Position numbers and translations under genes: made by a program
Source of the DNA: Clostridia bacterium
Lineage (GTDB): Bacteria > Bacillota > Clostridia > UMGS1840
Length of the DNA stretch: 64,000 nt
Direction of reading: 5' to 3'
Assembly (NCBI GenBank): GCA_017625695.1
Contig: JAGAKI010000069.1
Span: 2,228-66,227 of the forward strand
In this document: one piece after another, positions 25,531 through 36,040 of the stretch
Layout: every line of letters begins with the position of its first letter
Position numbering within the stretch: the first letter of the stretch is position 1
The notes under the pieces: model-generated
Databases searched by the model: none
Seen by the model: only the letters and a program-made list of their open reading frames with translations
What the model was told of the DNA's origin: nothing

Positions 25531-27252
25531 TTATTTTAACAAATCACGAATCGCTTTGTCATACTTATCTTTGTTTGCCAAAGCTTCTTCATTGGTTTTG
25601 CCCTTCGTCATAATATATGCCTTGATTTTGGGTTCCGTACCGGAAGGACGGAAGGAAAGCAAGGTTTTATCTTCTAATTCATAGCTTAATACATTGGAGG
25701 GCGGGAACGGCAATTCCGTTTCTTCGCCGGTCATAAGATTTTTGGTGGTAGCTACGCTGTAGTCATTTGCTAAAACGGTTTTCACCCCTGCAAATTCAGT
25801 AGGCACATTCGCACGAAGACCAGCCATTAAGCTCTTGATTTTTTCAATTCCTGCCATCCCTTCGTGGGTAATGGAAACCAGACCTTCCCGATAGTAGCCA
25901 TATTTTTCATACAATGCAGTCTGAACATCTTTTAAGGTCTTGCCCTGTTTCTTATAAAACGCTGCCGCTTCGCATAAAAGTAAGCAAGCATTAACAGCAT
26001 CTTTATCTCTTGCATGGGTACCGGATAAGAAGCCGTAGCTTTCTTCAAAACCAAACAGATAGGTATGCTTACCGGTTTCTTCAAACAGCTTAATTTGTTC
26101 CCCGATGAATTTAAAGCCGGTATATACATTGATTACTTCAATGGGATAATCCTTCTGGAATTCATAAATCATATTGGTGGTTACGATGGTTTTAATTACC
26201 GCACCGTTATCCGGAAGTGCATTTTTCGCTTTTAAGCCTTCCAAAATATAGTTCACAATCAGAACACCAATCTGATTTCCGTTTAAGATTTCATATTCGC
26301 CGGGTGCGGTTTTCAGAAGTATTCCTACACGGTCGGAGTCGGGGTCGGTACCGATAATGATGTCTGCATCTTCACGGTTTGCGTATTCTCTGGCAAGGGT
26401 GAAGCCTTCGGATTCTTCCGGATTGGGAGATTTTACAGTGGGGAATGCACCGTCGGGCAATTCCTGTTCTTTTACCACGGTAAGATGTTTCAGTCCCATT
26501 CTGCCCAGCACTTCTCTCACAGGAATGTTACCGGAACCGTGGAACGGAGTATATACGACTTTTAAATCGGTATCTTTTAAGGCATCGGGATTTACCGATA
26601 AATTCATAACTGCCCGGTAATATGCTTCATCCACCGATGCAGGCATCCATTCAATGCGTCCCGAAGCAAGTCCTTCTTCAAAGGGAATGGTTTTCACATC
26701 AGCAAAAATATCTACCTGCTTCATTTCCTGATATACTACATCTGCTTCTTCCGGCGGAAGCTGTCCGCCGTCGGACCAATAGGCCTTGTAGCCGTTGTAT
26801 TTGGCAGGGTTATGAGATGCAGTAATAACAATCCCTGCAGTAGTATTCATTTCACGGATAGCAAAGGACAGCATAGGAGTCGGACGAAGAGAGGGGAAAA
26901 TATAAACCTTGATACCATTTGCTGCCAGTACACTTGCTGCTTCTTTGGCAAACACATCAGAAAAATGACGGGAATCATATCCGATGGCAACTCCGTTGTC
27001 CATCGCTGCCTGTCCGTTTTTCACAATCAGATTGGCTAACCCCTGGGTTGCCTGACGAACAGTATACACATTCATGCCGTTGGTGCCTGCACGGATGATT
27101 CCGCGAATTCCCCCGGTCCCGAATTCCATCGTAGCAGAAAAACGTTCTAAAATTTCTGTTTCATCGTTGGCAATTGCCACAAGTTCTTCTTTTAATGTAG
27201 CATCTGACTCTGCAAACTTGAGCCATTTTTCATAAGTTTCATGTGCATTCAT
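25531..27252 (-). CDS. phosphoglucomutase/phosphomannomutase family protein
   Basis: 573 aa with the active-site loop TASHNPAKYNGYK. Confidence 0.9.
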   Translation of the reverse strand: MNAHETYEKWLKFAESDATLKEELVAIANDETEILERFSATMEFGTGGIRGIIRAGTNGMNVYTVRQATQGLANLIVKNGQAAMDNGVAIGYDSRHFSDVFAKEAASVLAANGIKVYIFPSLRPTPMLSFAIREMNTTAGIVITASHNPAKYNGYKAYWSDGGQLPPEEADVVYQEMKQVDIFADVKTIPFEEGLASGRIEWMPASVDEAYYRAVMNLSVNPDALKDTDLKVVYTPFHGSGNIPVREVLGRMGLKHLTVVKEQELPDGAFPTVKSPNPEESEGFTLAREYANREDADIIIGTDPDSDRVGILLKTAPGEYEILNGNQIGVLIVNYILEGLKAKNALPDNGAVIKTIVTTNMIYEFQKDYPIEVINVYTGFKFIGEQIKLFEETGKHTYLFGFEESYGFLSGTHARDKDAVNACLLLCEAAAFYKKQGKTLKDVQTALYEKYGYYREGLVSITHEGMAGIEKIKSLMAGLRANVPTEFAGVKTVLANDYSVATTKNLMTGEETELPFPPSNVLSYELEDKTLLSFRPSGTEPKIKAYIMTKGKTNEEALANKDKYDKAIRDLLK

Positions 27253-27282
27253 ACCGATAAACTCCTTTATATGTATTTTGGT

Positions 27283-27999
27283 TTATTTTCCTGCAGCACT
27301 CATGAGTGCCTGTACTTCATTGGGATTTAATTTCCGAATCCGACCAAGCTTTAAATTTCCAAGCTCCAACGGTCCGATTTGTACCCGCTTTAGTTCAATC
27401 ACGTGATGTCCCACAGCTTCAAACATCTTTCTGACCTGACGATTACGACCCTCCCGGATGGTAATTTCCACCACACATTTGTCTTTGAAAATTTCAGACA
27501 AAAACACTTTGGCAGGTGCGGTTTTTTTCTTATCAACCATAACCCCCCGCTTTAGTTTTTCGATGTTTTCTTCTTTCACAATACCATTCACCACAGCGAT
27601 ATATTTTTTTTCGATTTCATTTTTCGGATGCGTGATGGTATTGACAAATTCTCCGTCGTTGCTTAAAATCAGCAACCCCTCGGTGTGATAATCCAGTCTG
27701 CCGGCAGGATAAATCCGTTCTTTGATATCCTCCCCGATGAAATCCATCACACAGGGGCGGTCAAACTGGTCCTTAACGGTAGTCACATAGCCCACCGGTT
27801 TATTCATCATATAGTATACCTTTTTTTCAAAACCGCAAATTTCCTGCCCATCTACCTCAACCCGGTCATTTTCCTGTACCTGATAACCAAACTCGCTAAG
27901 AGTTTCGCCATTGACTTTTACCAGACCCTTTTCAATGAGTTCTTCAGCTTTCCGACGGGAGCAAATACCTGCTTCGGCAATATATTTTTGAATTCTCAA
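27283..27999 (-). CDS. rluB: rRNA pseudouridine synthase (RluB/RsuA family)
   Basis: S4 domain MRIQKYIAEAGICSRRKAEELI plus the catalytic AGRLDYHTEGLLILSND. Confidence 0.85.
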   Translation of the reverse strand: MRIQKYIAEAGICSRRKAEELIEKGLVKVNGETLSEFGYQVQENDRVEVDGQEICGFEKKVYYMMNKPVGYVTTVKDQFDRPCVMDFIGEDIKERIYPAGRLDYHTEGLLILSNDGEFVNTITHPKNEIEKKYIAVVNGIVKEENIEKLKRGVMVDKKKTAPAKVFLSEIFKDKCVVEITIREGRNRQVRKMFEAVGHHVIELKRVQIGPLELGNLKLGRIRKLNPNEVQALMSAAGK

Positions 28000-28004
28000 G
28001 GTTG

Positions 28005-28787
28005 TTAAGACTCCTTTTTCAAATAACTTTGATATAAGCTGATATGATCGTTCCAGTCATCCGAATCGTTTAAGGTCACGCAGATTAAATTCCGTTCTCC
28101 GTCCGATGCAAAAGACACCAGGGTGCGTCCCGCTTTTTTGGTATAGCCGGTTTTCACCCCACGGGTACGTTCATACATCCAGAGCAGCTTATTATGATTT
28201 TTTAAATATCGGGTATAGCCATCTTCCGATACAATATTTTTTTGTTTCGTGGCAACAATTTCGCAAAAGAGAGGGTTTTTCATAGCATAGGCAGTCAGCT
28301 TTGCCATATCCAGTGCAGTCACCCGATGGTTTTCCCCATCCAGACCTGAGGGATTTTCAAAATGAGAATCCGTAGCCTCCGAAAGACGGACGGTTTCATT
28401 CATTTCTTCCACAAATTCCTCATAGCCAAAATGGTGGGCAATGGCATTTGCCGCATCGTTGCCCGAATGTAGCATCATCCCGTAGATTAAATCCAGAAGC
28501 TTGATTTTCTCCCCTGCTTTTAAGTAAATGCTGGAGCCTTCCGTATTGGCGGCAGCAGCATTCACCGTTACCACATCTTCGGGATTTCCCAACCGCAGTG
28601 CAGTAATGGCTGTTACAATTTTGGTAATAGAGGCAGGAAGCATCCGGATTTCTTCGTTGTATCCGTAAATCATTTGTTTCGCATCCACATCATACAGACA
28701 GATAGCCTTTGCGGAATAGGAAAAGCTGTGGATATTGCCAAACAAAAGAATGAAAACAGAAACCACAGCCATAAAACGAAATTTCAC
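28005..28787 (-). CDS. dacB: D-alanyl-D-alanine carboxypeptidase (serine type)
   Basis: SxxK motif (ASITKI) and HSGND. Start moved to GTG 28787, 8 nt after GGGAGG, which gives the signal peptide (M)KFRFMAVVSVFILLFG. Confidence 0.8.
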   Translation of the reverse strand: MKFRFMAVVSVFILLFGNIHSFSYSAKAICLYDVDAKQMIYGYNEEIRMLPASITKIVTAITALRLGNPEDVVTVNAAAANTEGSSIYLKAGEKIKLLDLIYGMMLHSGNDAANAIAHHFGYEEFVEEMNETVRLSEATDSHFENPSGLDGENHRVTALDMAKLTAYAMKNPLFCEIVATKQKNIVSEDGYTRYLKNHNKLLWMYERTRGVKTGYTKKAGRTLVSFASDGERNLICVTLNDSDDWNDHISLYQSYLKKES

Positions 28788-28886
28788 AAAAAACGCCTCC
28801 CAAAAAGCAGCCGGATGCTGACAAGCCGACAGGTCTTTTTTCTTACACTCTATGAAATTCCAAAATGGCTTATGCAAAAATTTAAA

Positions 28887-29297
28887 CTATTCTATGATGA
28901 TTTCTTCTTCGGAAATCACAGTTTTAGATTCTTTTTTTTCAAATTTTTTCAAAACTTTTTCTACCAGGTCGGGCGCTAAGTCGATAATCTTATCCACGGT
29001 GCTGGTCTGATCTACCGGTAACATTCTGACCGAACCGTTGGAAACCACCAAAAAGGCAACCGGAGAAATGCTGACTCCGCCGCCTGCACCGCCGCCAAAA
29101 GACTGTTTTTCCACGTCGGTTTTTCCGTCACCAAAGTTGGAACCGCCGGCTCCGAACCCAAACGCCACACGGGAAATGGGAATCAATACCACGCCGTCTC
29201 CTGCCTGGATGGGTTCTCCGATGATGGTGTTTACATCCACCATACTTTTAATGTTTTTTAAGGCAGAGTCCATAAGACCTTCAATTGGATGTGCCAT
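28887..29297 (-). CDS. ytfJ: sporulation protein YtfJ (GerW family)
   Basis: 136 aa with IGEPIQAGDGVVLIPISRVAFGFGAGG. Confidence 0.8.
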   Translation of the reverse strand: MAHPIEGLMDSALKNIKSMVDVNTIIGEPIQAGDGVVLIPISRVAFGFGAGGSNFGDGKTDVEKQSFGGGAGGGVSISPVAFLVVSNGSVRMLPVDQTSTVDKIIDLAPDLVEKVLKKFEKKESKTVISEEEIIIE

Positions 29298-29312
29298 AAC
29301 ACAAACCTCCTT

Positions 29313-29864
29313 TTACTGTTTCCGATATTTTAAGAAAATGAGTGCTGCTTTTAATAAATATATAGGTTTTGTTTTTACAATCATCGCAAACTTCAGCTCA
29401 AAAACCAACTTGTCATATTCCAGCTGCAAATTGCGGTAAGGAGCCTTATCAAACGAAAAATAGTGCTGTAAAAAGCCTGTCACCATCCCGGCAAAGGCTT
29501 CCACCATTCCGTAACTCATTCCGGTGACTGCTGCATTGCCAAGTCCGAATTTCCCAACCACTCCCGTTTCATGAATGTGAATCTTACGAGAAAGGTAGGA
29601 AAGAGCTTTCTCCAGCGCCCCACGGATTCGGGTAAAATTGTTCCGCATTTCCAAAAACTTCTGCAAAACAGAATCCTGATTTTCTTCTTTGGCTTCCTCC
29701 GTTTTTTCTTTCTTTTGCAGAGGAATCTGAATGGTAATTTTTAAAACTCTGATTTTCACGGTCAGATTTTTTTCACTTACCGATAGTATAACCAAAAAGG
29801 GCGAAAATAACAATACCAAAATCAAAAAAATGAGTACCAATAAAACAATTCCTGCAATTATCAT
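29313..29864 (-). CDS. DUF2953-type membrane protein (YtfI-like)
   Basis: 183 aa with an N-terminal TM segment. Conserved position upstream of ytfJ. Confidence 0.55.
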   Translation of the reverse strand: MIIAGIVLLVLIFLILVLLFSPFLVILSVSEKNLTVKIRVLKITIQIPLQKKEKTEEAKEENQDSVLQKFLEMRNNFTRIRGALEKALSYLSRKIHIHETGVVGKFGLGNAAVTGMSYGMVEAFAGMVTGFLQHYFSFDKAPYRNLQLEYDKLVFELKFAMIVKTKPIYLLKAALIFLKYRKQ

Positions 29865-30454
29865 ACTACGGGTTCCTCCTCACGGACACTTTCCTCCAGG
29901 TCGGTAAACGTCAGATTGTCCGGTTCCTTCATATTATCAAATACTTTCAGTTCCAGTTTGGGAAGCTCATCTAAGCTTTCCAAGCCGAACACCCGTAAAA
30001 ATTCCGAGGTGGTACCGTACAACATGGGCCGTCCCGGTGCATCCAGTCTGCCCCGCTGTTCAATCAGTTCCCGTTCTAAAAGCCGTACAATGGAATTGTA
30101 GCTGTCCACACCACGAACTGCATCCACCATGGCTTTGGTCACCGGCTGATTGTAGGCAATGATAGAAACGGTTTCCAACTGAGACTGACTCAACCCCTTT
30201 TGTGCCTTGGTTTCCAATACTTTTGCAATGTAGGCATGATGCTCGCTTTTTGACACCATCTGTAGGGAATCGTTGAGCCTGATGACTTTCATTCCACGGG
30301 ATTTTTTATTAAAATCTTTCACAAACCTGTCTGCCAAGGTTAAAAACTCGTCCATCGACAGTTCTAAAACCTCTGCCAGTTTGCCATATTCCACGGGACT
30401 TCCCAACGCAAACAACACGCTTTCCAAAATCCCGAATCTTACTTCCTGTTCCAT
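29861..30454 (-). CDS. scpB: segregation and condensation protein B
   Basis: 197 aa with family-typical LETVSIIAYNQPVTK..V..RGV blocks. Follows scpA. Confidence 0.9.
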   Translation of the reverse strand: MEQEVRFGILESVLFALGSPVEYGKLAEVLELSMDEFLTLADRFVKDFNKKSRGMKVIRLNDSLQMVSKSEHHAYIAKVLETKAQKGLSQSQLETVSIIAYNQPVTKAMVDAVRGVDSYNSIVRLLERELIEQRGRLDAPGRPMLYGTTSEFLRVFGLESLDELPKLELKVFDNMKEPDNLTFTDLEESVREEEPVV

Positions 30455-30464
30455 ACTGATTTCC

Positions 30465-31178
30465 TTATCGGTTTATAATAAATTCATCGTTTTGATAGGT
30501 AATTTTCAACTTCTCTTCCTTCATCAAATCCAGTAGTGCCATAAAGGTAGCTGCCACCTGAGCACGGGTAGAACAAATCGCTAAAAAAGCATCCACCAAA
30601 GAAATGCCCGGCTTTTCTTTCACTGTAAGTAACAGCTTGTCTCCCATCAGGGCAACCGAAACCACTTCCCGTTCCACAATGCCGGAAAATACACCCTTAT
30701 CCGGGGGAAGCTTGGTTTCAATCCGCATTACTAACTCCTCTAATGCAGTCACCAGCTGTTCTTTGGGCAAATCCAGCTTGGTATAGCGAATCAGTCCTTT
30801 GATTTTTTCACCGGTTTTGGTAAAGGTATAGGCTCCCAAAGGCTCCCGTTGCTTTAAATATCCCGAAAGTTCCTTATACTGCTGATAATCCAGCAACTTT
30901 TGCATCAGTTCCCGACGGGGGTCATCTTCTTGCGTTTCTTCCTCTTTGGGCGGTGCGGGAAGCAACATTTTGGACTTGATATACAAAAGCTCCGACGCCA
31001 TGACAATAAACTCCGATGCAATTTCCATATTCAGGCTTTCCATTGCTTTCAAATAGGAAATATACTGTTCGGTGAGGGTGAAAATGGGAATATCATAAAT
31101 ATCGATTTTATGGGTTCTGATTAAATGAAGCAGAAGGTCCATCGGTCCTTCAAACTGCTCTAATTTTAATTCTATCAT
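30465..31178 (-). CDS. scpA: segregation and condensation protein A
   Basis: 237 aa with FEGPMDLLLHLIRTHKIDIYDIPI. Confidence 0.9.
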   Translation of the reverse strand: MIELKLEQFEGPMDLLLHLIRTHKIDIYDIPIFTLTEQYISYLKAMESLNMEIASEFIVMASELLYIKSKMLLPAPPKEEETQEDDPRRELMQKLLDYQQYKELSGYLKQREPLGAYTFTKTGEKIKGLIRYTKLDLPKEQLVTALEELVMRIETKLPPDKGVFSGIVEREVVSVALMGDKLLLTVKEKPGISLVDAFLAICSTRAQVAATFMALLDLMKEEKLKITYQNDEFIINR

Positions 31179-31179
31179 A

Positions 31180-31884
31180 TTATAACCCCATCACCTTGGA
31201 AACAATTCCAAAGAAGGCGTTGAAAATATTCTGAGAACCTCTGTTCAACAGAAGGTCAAAAGTGCCGTTATATACCAGCAGTAAAAAGATAATCATAATG
31301 TAGCGTTCATACTGCATCACTTTAAAATAATAACGGGTAGGCAAAAATGCAAACAGCACTCGGGAACCGTCCAGAGGAGGTACGGGAATCAGGTTAAACA
31401 CCGCCAAACGAATGTTATAAACCACCAAAAGCTGGAAAAATAGATTGAGGTATGTGCCAACATAAGGAATCTCAGTCTTTACGGAAAGCACCCATAAAAA
31501 CATTCCCACAAAAGCAATCACTAAATTGGTGACAGGTCCCATCAAAGCTGTAATCGCCATTCCCTTTTTGGGATCACGGAAATTGGCAGGATGAATCGGT
31601 ACCGGCTTTAGCAGAAGCACAAAGCCGACCCAAACCATAAGATCTGTTAAAAATCCCAACTGGGGAATCAGTTTTCCCAAAAGAATCCCGCCAAAAATCC
31701 ATCCGGCATAGGCAGGATTGATGTGACGAAACGGATTTAAGGTCAAACGTCTTTGATATTTTGCAGTATTGTCGCCCAGAAGCATGGCAGTATAGCCATG
31801 TGCAACCTCGTGGGGAAGCAGGGCAAACACTAAAATTACGATAATAAAAACGACCTCTATCAGCAGGTCTATGATGTTGTACAT
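31180..31884 (-). CDS. site-2 protease family (M50) membrane metalloprotease
   Basis: HEVAHG motif in the first TM region. Polytopic. Confidence 0.8.
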   Translation of the reverse strand: MYNIIDLLIEVVFIIVILVFALLPHEVAHGYTAMLLGDNTAKYQRRLTLNPFRHINPAYAGWIFGGILLGKLIPQLGFLTDLMVWVGFVLLLKPVPIHPANFRDPKKGMAITALMGPVTNLVIAFVGMFLWVLSVKTEIPYVGTYLNLFFQLLVVYNIRLAVFNLIPVPPLDGSRVLFAFLPTRYYFKVMQYERYIMIIFLLLVYNGTFDLLLNRGSQNIFNAFFGIVSKVMGL

Positions 31885-31974
31885 AACCGTAAAAAATTCC
31901 TTTCCGGCGAATAGAATCTACCTATCCTACAGTATAGCACATTCTTCTTTATTTTGCAACGGATTTTAGAAATT

Positions 31975-32688
31975 TTATTCAATCATATTGATTAAATCAT
32001 CCTTGACTTTGCCGGGTTCGGTTTCCAGATTGGTATAACTGTTGGGAACAGAGCCAACTACCACCGTTTCACTCATTGGAATTCTGGCAGTTACCTGTGT
32101 ACCAACCGACCGGTAATCCGGCATCAGAAGAGACAAATCCAGCGACACGGTAGCAATCATCTGATGACGGGTCTGATTAATGCCTGCATCGGAAAAATGA
32201 CTTTCCAAATCCACCAAAGTTCTGCCGTAAGGAATCAGACGAATGGGAAGTCTTGGCCCGTATGCCGACAAAAATTCCACACCCAGCAGACTTCCCGCCG
32301 GCACAAACACAGTGGTTTCTTCCGTTTGGGACAGCTTTTGCTGAATCCTGAGCGCCAGTTTTGCTTTGTAGCGGTTCATCTGTACCACATCCGGCACTAC
32401 CGCTGCAATCTGTCCATCCTCCGAAAGCTCCAAAGACACCAGTTTTGCATCGGCAAATTCGTCCTCTCCTGCTACTTCCATCACCGCAGAATGAAGAATT
32501 TCCTGTGCCAAACGGGATGCCTGTGCCTCTCCCAACTGTGTAAGCGTGGGTTGAAATACCTGAAAATAAATATAACCGCCATATCCCAAAATACACAAAA
32601 ACACAAGCAACAAAAACCAACGTGCCAAATGAACACATTGCAACCGATACCCGATTTTATTTGCCGTCCGCCGATATCCAAATCCCAT
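31975..32688 (-). CDS. yunB: sporulation protein YunB (tentative)
   Basis: 237 aa with an N-terminal TM segment. Size and overall pattern resemble YunB. Confidence 0.55.
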   Translation of the reverse strand: MGFGYRRTANKIGYRLQCVHLARWFLLLVFLCILGYGGYIYFQVFQPTLTQLGEAQASRLAQEILHSAVMEVAGEDEFADAKLVSLELSEDGQIAAVVPDVVQMNRYKAKLALRIQQKLSQTEETTVFVPAGSLLGVEFLSAYGPRLPIRLIPYGRTLVDLESHFSDAGINQTRHQMIATVSLDLSLLMPDYRSVGTQVTARIPMSETVVVGSVPNSYTNLETEPGKVKDDLINMIE

Positions 32689-32803
32689 TTTGCTCCCCCT
32701 CTTTCCCTCTTAATACTGTATGAGAACAAAAAAATTCTGATACTATTTCTCTAAAAACTCCCAACAGCAAGCTGCCAAAAAGCGTTCTCAAACAACCGAA
32801 CAG

Positions 32804-32843
32804 AAAAAGCCTTATCAAAACCGTGATTTTGATAAGGCTTTTT
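32804..32843 (-). terminator. intrinsic terminator after sigA
   Basis: AAGCCTTATCAAAA-loop-TTTTGATAAGGCTT with flanking A and T runs. Confidence 0.8.
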
Positions 32844-32883
32844 GGTTATGCATCATAGAATATAAAAGCAGAATTTCGAGAGT

Positions 32884-33972
32884 TTAGTCCAGATAATCTT
32901 TCAGTTTTTTACTTCTGGAGGGATGGCGGAGTTTTCTTAAAGCTTTTGCTTCAATCTGACGGATTCTTTCACGGGTTACGTTAAATTCTTTTCCCACTTC
33001 TTCCAACGTTCTCATTCTGCCGTCATCCAGACCGAAGCGGAGCTTTAAGACTCTGGATTCTCTGGGAGTTAAGGTGTCTAACACATTGGTCAGCTGTTCC
33101 CGCAGTAACATATAGGTAGCAGAATCTGCAGGTGCAGGAGCCGATTCATCCTGAATAAAGTCGCCCAGATGGCTGTCTTCTTCTTCCCCGATAGGAGTTT
33201 CCAAAGAAACGGGGTCCTGTGCAATCTTCTGAATTTCTCTGACTCTTTCCACGCTGGTGCCCAGTGCTTTTGCCAGTTCCTCGTGGGTAGGTTCTCTTCC
33301 CAGTTCCTGAAGTAACTGACGGGTCACACGGAGCAGTTTATTAATGGTTTCTACCATATGAACAGGAATACGGATGGTTCTTGCCTGATCCGCAATGGCA
33401 CGGGTAATAGACTGACGAATCCACCAGGTAGCATAAGTAGAAAATTTATAACCTTTACGGTAATCAAATTTTTCTACCGCTTTAATGAGACCTAAATTTC
33501 CTTCCTGAATCAAATCTAAAAACAGCATCCCACGACCAACATAACGTTTTGCAATGCTGACAACCAGACGCAGATTGGCTTCCGCTAACTGACGTTCTGC
33601 TTCTTCATCACCTTCTGCCATCCGTTCTGCCAGTTTCAATTCGTCTTCGGTGTGCAACAGCGGAACTTTCCCGATTTCTTTTAAATACATACGAACCGGG
33701 TCGTCGATGGAAATTCCTTCCGCATTCAGCACAATATTCATTTCTGTCTCGTCGGGAAATTCGATTTCTGCAGCATCTTCAAACTCTTCATCCCCAACGA
33801 TTTCAATGCCCATTTTTTCCAGACGTTCATAAATTTTTTCGATATCATTTACCGAAACGTCAATCTGATCCAGACGGACATTCAACTCGTTTAATGTAAT
33901 TTTTCCCTGTTTTTTTGCATAGTCAATCAGTTCCTTGATGACTTGCTTTTTACTTTCCACAATTTCAGACAT
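32884..33972 (-). CDS. sigA: RNA polymerase primary sigma factor
   Basis: 362 aa with regions 2-4 ([24 protein letters not shown], the [23 protein letters not shown]). Confidence 0.95.
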   Translation of the reverse strand: MSEIVESKKQVIKELIDYAKKQGKITLNELNVRLDQIDVSVNDIEKIYERLEKMGIEIVGDEEFEDAAEIEFPDETEMNIVLNAEGISIDDPVRMYLKEIGKVPLLHTEDELKLAERMAEGDEEAERQLAEANLRLVVSIAKRYVGRGMLFLDLIQEGNLGLIKAVEKFDYRKGYKFSTYATWWIRQSITRAIADQARTIRIPVHMVETINKLLRVTRQLLQELGREPTHEELAKALGTSVERVREIQKIAQDPVSLETPIGEEEDSHLGDFIQDESAPAPADSATYMLLREQLTNVLDTLTPRESRVLKLRFGLDDGRMRTLEEVGKEFNVTRERIRQIEAKALRKLRHPSRSKKLKDYLD

Positions 33973-34005
33973 AATAACCTCTCATTTCCTAAGAATCCTG
34001 CTTTT

Positions 34006-35718
34006 TTAATTCTTATCATTCTTTTGTCGGAGTTTCTGAGTATATTCCAGAAGCTTTTGCATATCGTCCCGGTCATCCTCGGAGAATATCAGCGGTTCTG
34101 CCTCATTTTCCAATTTATTGATCAGAGAATCCAAATAAATAAAATAGTCTAAATAAGGCTCCCGTTCCATAAACATTTCGCTTGCCTGCTTGGCTTCGTC
34201 CGGCTCCAGCCGTTCTATCAGCATGGAAATATCCGGCTTTTTCATCTGGTCGGTAAATTCAGTAAAAATATGGTACAGCTTCTTGTGAAGCTCTTCCTTA
34301 AAATACTGAGGTTTTATTTTTTCCCGAATTTTCCCAAAATATGACGGATTTTCTACAATCAGCTTGACCAGCGACTGAGAAACGCTTTTTTTTCGGATAA
34401 ACGCCATTTCTGCCGCATCCACGGGTGTTTCAAACCTTCTCTTTTTCTGTGCCTGCTTGATTTGTGCCAGCACCGAATCATAACTGATATTCACAAGCTC
34501 TGCCACCTTTTTGGCATACACCTCAAGCTCTAACTTGTTGTGAATATTTTTCAAAATACCGACTGCTTTTTTGGTATATTCAATTCGTTCTTCATCATCC
34601 GAAAAGCCACCGGGCGGATAAATGGAAGAAAGTTCATAATCCACACCGCTTAACGCATTGCGGATAGCTTCTCCGTAAGCCTCCGGGCCGAATTTCTTAA
34701 TCAACTCGTCCGGGTCCTTGGCACCCGTTATTTTTAAAACTCTGACCTGGATGCCGTCTCTTTTCAAGATATCTACCGCTTTTTTGGTGGCTGCCTGACC
34801 GGCACCGTCACCATCAAAGGAGATAATCACTCGGCCGGTAAAGCGTTTTAACAATCGGGCATGGTCTTCACAAAACGCCGTCCCAAGCGATGCGACCGCA
34901 TTCTGAAAGCCCGCCTGATACAACGCAATGACGTCCATATAGCCTTCCGCCAATATCAGATAGTCTTCCGAAGTGTTTTTTGCCAGATGTAAGCTAAACA
35001 GATTCTGCCGTTTGGAAAATACGGGAGTTTCGCCGGTGTTTAAATACTTGGGCATCCCGTCTCCCATCACTCTTCCGCCAAAAGCTATGACATTGCCCCG
35101 TAAATCCATCACGGGGAACATAACACGATCCCGGAAGAAGTCAAAGATTTTGCCGTTTTTCTCAATGCAGAGTCCGCTTTTTACAATATCATAATCGGAA
35201 AAGCCGTTTTCTTTTAAGGTCCGATACATAAAGTCCCATCGGTTGGGAGCATATCCCAAGCCGTAGGTCTTGATGGTATCATCCGAAAGACCCCGTCCGC
35301 GAAGATACGAAAGTGCTTCTCTGCCTGCTTCGCTGATCAGCTGACGAAAATAGGTTCGTCCGGCAATTTTATTCATTTCCCGGATGTTGCGCTTTAAGCG
35401 GGTATAATCGCTGACCTCGTGCTTCTCCTCCGGAAGAGGAATCCCTGCACGCTGTGCCAGAAACTTGACTGCTTCCACAAAATCCAGGTTCTCCATTTGT
35501 TCGATAAAGTGAATCACGGTACCACCGGCACCGCACCCGAAGCAGTGATAGAGCTGCATTGCGGGATTCACAAAAAAGGAAGGCGTTTTTTCCGAGTGAA
35601 ACGGACAGAGTCCGAGATATCGGTTGCCGCTCCGACGAAGGCTCACATAGCCGGAAATAATATCCACAATATCATTTTTTTCTTTGACTTCCTGGAGATA
35701 CTCTTCTTCAAAGAACAA
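34006..35718 (-). CDS. dnaG: DNA primase
   Basis: 570 aa with zinc finger CPFHSEKTPSF...CFGC and TOPRIM EGYMDV. Upstream of sigA. Confidence 0.95.
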   Translation of the reverse strand: MFFEEEYLQEVKEKNDIVDIISGYVSLRRSGNRYLGLCPFHSEKTPSFFVNPAMQLYHCFGCGAGGTVIHFIEQMENLDFVEAVKFLAQRAGIPLPEEKHEVSDYTRLKRNIREMNKIAGRTYFRQLISEAGREALSYLRGRGLSDDTIKTYGLGYAPNRWDFMYRTLKENGFSDYDIVKSGLCIEKNGKIFDFFRDRVMFPVMDLRGNVIAFGGRVMGDGMPKYLNTGETPVFSKRQNLFSLHLAKNTSEDYLILAEGYMDVIALYQAGFQNAVASLGTAFCEDHARLLKRFTGRVIISFDGDGAGQAATKKAVDILKRDGIQVRVLKITGAKDPDELIKKFGPEAYGEAIRNALSGVDYELSSIYPPGGFSDDEERIEYTKKAVGILKNIHNKLELEVYAKKVAELVNISYDSVLAQIKQAQKKRRFETPVDAAEMAFIRKKSVSQSLVKLIVENPSYFGKIREKIKPQYFKEELHKKLYHIFTEFTDQMKKPDISMLIERLEPDEAKQASEMFMEREPYLDYFIYLDSLINKLENEAEPLIFSEDDRDDMQKLLEYTQKLRQKNDKN

Positions 35719-35913
35719 GCGGCCATCACGCTCCTTTCTTCCCCACGAAAATACCCCGCAAACGGGTTTTTAGGGGACTTCTATCAGTATATTTCGACAC
35801 GAATTGGAAATATCCTTTTTTTTCAGACAATTTTACATACTTTTACCCTCTCTTTTTGGGTTGAATCCGCCTGTTTGTAACAAAGATGAAACAGAAATTT
35901 ATTGGTAATTCTC

Positions 35914-35942
35914 TTGAATTTCCCCAAAGACTGTGCTATACT
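35914..35942 (+). promoter_or_regulatory. promoter TTGAAT-17 nt-TATACT with TGc extended -10
   Basis: Hexamers at 35914-35919 and 35937-35942, upstream of the PBP gene. Confidence 0.5.
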
Positions 35943-36040
35943 GAAGAAAATAATGGGGGATGCTGTCCCCATCGTATTTTTTGACTTTCCCAGTAACCAT
36001 CGAATAATTCTCAACGTTTTTTTTAAAATGAGGTGATTCC